Positions 36,037 through 40,133 of a stretch of 40,133 bases of DNA are shown here, piece after piece. The DNA is from a virus. Its lineage: Duplodnaviria > Heunggongvirae > Uroviricota > Caudoviricetes. The first letter of the stretch is position 1; every line of letters starts with the position of its first letter. The stretch is from the IMG/VR virus record IMGVR_UViG_2778261168_000005. One strand, 5' to 3'. Under the pieces are notes generated by a model that made no database searches, had not been told where the DNA came from, and saw only the letters and a program-made list of their open reading frames with translations. A program made the position numbers and the translations under genes.

Positions 36037-36450
36037 ATGATGATTAATGTTAACGGGCGATCCGTGTCGACCGGGGCTTCGCCCGACCTTCTGACGCGTG
36101 CTGTGATTATTTCGCTTTTTACCTGGCGACGTGCCGGGCGGGATGATGATGCACCGCAGATATTTGGATGGTGGGGGGATACCTGGCCTGCGGTTCAGAA
36201 TGATCGCACGGGGTCGCGTCTGTATCTGTTGCGACGCAGCAAGCTGACAAATAAAACCCCGCAGCTTGCCAGAGATTATGCCCGTGAGGCGCTGGCGTGG
36301 ATGGTGGAGGATGGTGTTGCTTCCCGTCTTGATATTAACGCTGTCCGGACCGGGACAGACTCGCTGACACTTGCCATTACCATTTACCAGCGTGACGGCA
36401 ATATTCACAACATTATTTTTGATGATATCTGGAGTGAACTGAATGGCTGA
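36037..36450 (+). CDS. baseplate protein (GP46 family)
   Basis: 137-aa ORF in baseplate cluster. Confidence 0.55.
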   Translation: MMINVNGRSVSTGASPDLLTRAVIISLFTWRRAGRDDDAPQIFGWWGDTWPAVQNDRTGSRLYLLRRSKLTNKTPQLARDYAREALAWMVEDGVASRLDINAVRTGTDSLTLAITIYQRDGNIHNIIFDDIWSELNG

Positions 36451-37525
36451 CAGCCAGTTTTATCGCCCCGGCCTCCCGCAACTTATTTCTATGATCCGGA
36501 GCGATTTATTAACCCGCTTTGAGCAGGATACGCTGCTTCGTCGTATGGATGCGGAAGTGTATGCCCGTGTACAGGCTGCAGCCATACACACGTTGTACGG
36601 GTATATCGATTATCTTGCCAGAAATCTGTTGCCGGACATGTGTGATGAAGACTGGTTGTACCGGCACGCCAGAATCAAACGCTGCCCGCGAAAAGATGCG
36701 GTGGCAGCCCGGGGATTTGTGCGCTGGGATGGCGTAGAGGGGACGCCGGTATTGCCAGCGGGAACGCAGATCCAGCGTGATGATCAGGTGACCTTCACCA
36801 CGACGGCGACGGTGACCGCAGCCGATGGTCTTCTCCGGGTGCCTGTTGTGGCAGACGAACCGGGATCGGCGGGGAATACGGATGATGGTATTGCCATGCA
36901 GCTGGGAACACCCGTCAGTGGTCTGCCGTCCACAGGATACGCTGACACCATTACAGACGGTGAAGATATTGAAAATCTGGAAATATGGCGTGCCCGCGTT
37001 ATGGAACGTTATTACTACATTCCACAGGGGGGCGCAGATCCTGATTATGTTATCTGGGCGAAAGAAGTTCAGGGTATTAACCGTGCATGGACTTTCAGAC
37101 ACTGGAAAGGTATTGGAACGGTTGGCGTGATGGTGGCGACGAACGATCCTGAACACCCGGTCCCGGATGAAAGCGTGATTAACGCAGTCAGGGACCACAT
37201 CCTTCCTCTGGCACCTGTTGCCGGAAGCGGATTGTATGTATTCGGTGCCACAGAAAAAGTTATCCCGATGACGATTGCGTTATCGAAAGACACACCGCAA
37301 ATCAGGGCGGCAATAAAATCAGAACTGAATGCGCTGATGTTCCGGGATGGTGTGCCGGAAGGGCGTATGTATCTGTCCAGAATCAGCGAGGCTATCAGTT
37401 TATCTGCAGGCGAGGTGGCCCATCGACTCATCGACCCTTCATCGGATATTGACCTGGGGGAAACTGAGCTTCCGGTACTCGGGGAGATCACATGGCAGGC
37501 TTATGACCCGGTAAGGAGTAAATAA
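36443..37525 (+). CDS. baseplate J-like protein
   Basis: 360-aa ORF, typical size, in baseplate cluster. Confidence 0.65.
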   Translation: MADSQFYRPGLPQLISMIRSDLLTRFEQDTLLRRMDAEVYARVQAAAIHTLYGYIDYLARNLLPDMCDEDWLYRHARIKRCPRKDAVAARGFVRWDGVEGTPVLPAGTQIQRDDQVTFTTTATVTAADGLLRVPVVADEPGSAGNTDDGIAMQLGTPVSGLPSTGYADTITDGEDIENLEIWRARVMERYYYIPQGGADPDYVIWAKEVQGINRAWTFRHWKGIGTVGVMVATNDPEHPVPDESVINAVRDHILPLAPVAGSGLYVFGATEKVIPMTIALSKDTPQIRAAIKSELNALMFRDGVPEGRMYLSRISEAISLSAGEVAHRLIDPSSDIDLGETELPVLGEITWQAYDPVRSK

Positions 37526-38115
37526 TGGATACGTTACAGGATGATTATACAAAATTGTTGTATGGCCTGATGCCGCCGGGACCTGCATGGTCAGATACCG
37601 ACGGTGTACTTGACGGTCTGGCACCATCGCTTGTGCGTGTTCACCAGCGGGCTGATGAACTGGTGATTGAAATCGATCCCGGTCAGTCCACAGAGCTGAT
37701 TGATCGTTATGAAGAATTGTATGGTTTACCTGATTCCTGTTCCCCTGTCGGAACCCAGACATTACGCCAGCGTCAGCAACGTCTTGAAGCAAAAGCCAAT
37801 GTGGCTGGTGGCATAAATGAGCAGTTCTTCCTGGATCAGCTTGAGGCGCTGGGATATACCGGCGTGACGATCGAACAGTTCCAGCACCTGGATGCAAGCC
37901 CTGATCCGGAATGGGGAGATCGCTGGCGTTATTTCTGGCGTGTGACGTTACCAGTGGATGCTGGCGCGCAGTGGCAGACATGTACGGATGCCTGTAACAC
38001 ACCGATCCGGACGTGGGGCGATACGATTGCGGAGTGCGTGATTAATAAATTATGTCCGTCGCATACCGTTGTTTTATTTTCCTATTCAGATGAGGATGAA
38101 GATGCACAGGATTGA
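37525..38115 (+). CDS. tail protein (DUF2313/YmfQ-like)
   Basis: 196-aa ORF following the J-like gene, before the tail fibre. Confidence 0.55.
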   Translation: MDTLQDDYTKLLYGLMPPGPAWSDTDGVLDGLAPSLVRVHQRADELVIEIDPGQSTELIDRYEELYGLPDSCSPVGTQTLRQRQQRLEAKANVAGGINEQFFLDQLEALGYTGVTIEQFQHLDASPDPEWGDRWRYFWRVTLPVDAGAQWQTCTDACNTPIRTWGDTIAECVINKLCPSHTVVLFSYSDEDEDAQD

Positions 38116-39112
38116 TACGCTGACAGCGGTAAAAGATAAGTTTGGCCCGGGCAAGAACGGATTTACTGACGGAAATCTTCGCACAGGACGTCTTGCCACC
38201 TGGCTGAACAGTGCCATGTGGGATGCCATTCAGGAGGAAATCTGTGGTGTCATTGAGAAAGCCGGGATAGAACTGAATAAAGAAGAACACGACCAGCTAT
38301 ATAAAGCCATATTATTCCTGGTGGGCGGTGCAATTAACGAAGAGGCATTGCTGATAAAAAATAATCTTTCGGATGTGGAAGATAAGGATGAGGCTGTTGA
38401 AAACCTCGGATTAAAACCCACGGTGGACAAGGCAAAAAATGCCGTTCAGCGTGATGGCGACACCATGACAGGAAAGCTGACGCTGCCACAGACCTCCGGA
38501 TTTGGTGTTAACACTGACAATGCCCTGGGAGGTAACTCAATTGCTTTCGGGGATAACGATACAGGTATAAAACAAAACGGCGACGGTATTCTGGATGTTT
38601 ATGCGAATGGACAGCATGTATTTCGTTTCCAGAATGGTGTGGCGATAGCGTTAAAAAATATTCAGGCCGGAAATGCTAAAAAATTCACGTTATCCAGCGC
38701 CAACAACTCCACGAAAAACGCAACGTTTAATTTATGGGGTAATTCATCCCGACCTGTAGTTGCAGAGCTTGGTGATGATTCCGGCTGGCATTTTTACAGC
38801 CAGAGAAATACCGATGGCAGTATCACATTCGCTGTAAACGGACAGATGACCCCATCAAACTATGGAAATTTCGATGCCCGTTATCAGCAGCGAAATGGCG
38901 GCGTGCAGGATGTGCGTTATGGTTCCGAAATGTATTACAACCCGGGAGGTAACGAGATAACCTGGACGTTTCGCTCACCTTCAGGCCACGGATTATCCGG
39001 TATTTATGTGCAGGATACCGGAAGAAGTTCGGCAGATAACATCGGCGGCGTGTATTACCGACCGCTTCAGAAACTGATTAACGGCATCTGGTATAACGTG
39101 GCGAGTGTTTAA
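38102..39112 (+). CDS. tail fibre protein
   Basis: 336 aa from ATG 38102 (SD GAGGA 5 nt upstream; MHRIDTLTAV...); followed by a tail fibre assembly gene. Confidence 0.7.
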   Translation: MHRIDTLTAVKDKFGPGKNGFTDGNLRTGRLATWLNSAMWDAIQEEICGVIEKAGIELNKEEHDQLYKAILFLVGGAINEEALLIKNNLSDVEDKDEAVENLGLKPTVDKAKNAVQRDGDTMTGKLTLPQTSGFGVNTDNALGGNSIAFGDNDTGIKQNGDGILDVYANGQHVFRFQNGVAIALKNIQAGNAKKFTLSSANNSTKNATFNLWGNSSRPVVAELGDDSGWHFYSQRNTDGSITFAVNGQMTPSNYGNFDARYQQRNGGVQDVRYGSEMYYNPGGNEITWTFRSPSGHGLSGIYVQDTGRSSADNIGGVYYRPLQKLINGIWYNVASV

Positions 39113-39114
39113 CA

Positions 39115-39660
39115 ATGTTGCATTTAAAAAATATTACTGCGGGCAATCCGAAAACTGCGGAACAATATCAGCTGACAAAACAATATGGTGTCACCTGGCT
39201 TTTTTCGGAAGACGACAAAAACTGGTATGAAGAACAGAAGAACTTTGCCAGTGACACAATAAAAATGGTTTACACCGGGGACGGGCGCGTGGTGTGGGTC
39301 GGTAAGGATGTGACAGGCATTGAACCCCGTAACGCCAGTGTTATTGAAGTTCCTGATATTACCGCCAACCGCCGTATTACCGTGCCTGGTTACTGGTTTT
39401 ACCGCGACGATAAATTTGTCTTCGACTACAAACTTAAAGCGGAAGATGAGCGCGATGCCCTGTTAAAACAGGTCAGCATCATGACCAGCGAATGGGAAAA
39501 AGACCTGCTGCTGGGATTAATCAGTGACGAAGACAGGGAGAAGCTGAAAGCGTATCGCATTTACGCGAAATCGCTGCAGACGATGGATTTCAGCCCCATC
39601 ACTGATAAAGCCTCATATAACGCCATTGAATGGCCCGTCTCTCCGGAAGTCTCTTCCTGA
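39115..39660 (+). CDS. tail fibre assembly protein (Tfa-like)
   Basis: 181-aa ORF directly after the tail fibre gene. Confidence 0.7.
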   Translation: MLHLKNITAGNPKTAEQYQLTKQYGVTWLFSEDDKNWYEEQKNFASDTIKMVYTGDGRVVWVGKDVTGIEPRNASVIEVPDITANRRITVPGYWFYRDDKFVFDYKLKAEDERDALLKQVSIMTSEWEKDLLLGLISDEDREKLKAYRIYAKSLQTMDFSPITDKASYNAIEWPVSPEVSS

Positions 39661-39683
39661 TTTAATTTATCGCGAGAAAAACT

Positions 39684-40133
39684 ATGTCTGTAGTGATATC
39701 AGGTGCGCTGACAGATGGCGCAGGCATCCCCATGTCCGGATGCCACATAATTCTGAAATCCCGGGTAAACACCTCAGAGGTGGTGATGCGTACCGTTGCT
39801 GATGTGGTAACGGGCGCTGCCGGTGAATATTCATTTGAAGCGCAGACCGGGAAATACTGCGTGTATCTGAAACAGGACTGGCGCGACGAGTACTGTGTTG
39901 GCGATATTGCTGTATACGATGACTCGCGGCCCGGCACACTGAATGACTTTCTGACCGCCCTCGATGAAGGCGACCTGAAGCCGGATGTTGTTAAGCGATT
40001 CGAAGAACTGGTGGCGCAGGCGCAGCAGAGCGCGGAAGCGGCAGCGGAAAGCGAACGACAGGCAGGGCAACATGCTGAAGCGGCAGCTCTGATAAAAGAG
40101 CAGGTTGAAACGCTGGCAGATAATGTTCAGCAG
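39684..40133 (+). CDS. side tail fibre protein, N-terminal part (Stf-like), 3' truncated by window end
   Basis: Open frame of 150 codons from ATG 39684 to the window end; MSVVISGALTDGAGIPMSGCHIILK...VYDDSRPGTLNDFLTAL parallels the lambda Stf N-terminus as recalled. Confidence 0.65.
   Translation, partial: MSVVISGALTDGAGIPMSGCHIILKSRVNTSEVVMRTVADVVTGAAGEYSFEAQTGKYCVYLKQDWRDEYCVGDIAVYDDSRPGTLNDFLTALDEGDLKPDVVKRFEELVAQAQQSAEAAAESERQAGQHAEAAALIKEQVETLADNVQQ

Noticed and set aside
36509-38002. Minus-strand ORFs of 140-229 aa across the baseplate genes
   Set aside because: Antisense to tightly coupled baseplate genes; His/Arg-rich spurious frames.

Overview
The window looks like one nearly complete, mosaic temperate prophage of an enterobacterial host, read from its integrase end (int stop codon at bases 1-3) into the tail-fiber genes. 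All calls rest on reading the six-frame track and the raw sequence; no database search or RNA/structure prediction was run, so family names are recalled motifs, not verified hits. Layout: (1) 1-5950, leftward early operon on the minus strand: tyrosine integrase, putative excisionase, an 826-aa exonuclease, several small ORFs; (2) 5944-8741, immunity and replication: HTH repressor divergent from a Cro-like gene with operator repeats, then an O-like initiator carrying GTCAC iterons and a lambda-P-like helicase loader; (3) 8771-16386, nin-like region: small ORFs, an HNH endonuclease, an antirepressor, a Hok/Gef type I toxin next to a 15-unit 9-bp tandem repeat, RusA and a Q-like protein; (4) 16370-18900, AT-rich cargo between Q and lysis with a late-type promoter, five terminators, orphan ORFs and a degenerate tRNA-like element; (5) 18904-20774, lysis genes; (6) 20817-28686, HNH, terminase, HK97-type head genes; (7) 28696-40133, Mu-like contractile tail, baseplate and fibre genes, with a probable -1 frameshift in the tail chaperone. 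No single multi-gene system stands out as clearly novel; the best candidates for undescribed function are the hok-adjacent repeat array, the Q-to-lysis cargo island and the uncharacterised nin-region ORFs.
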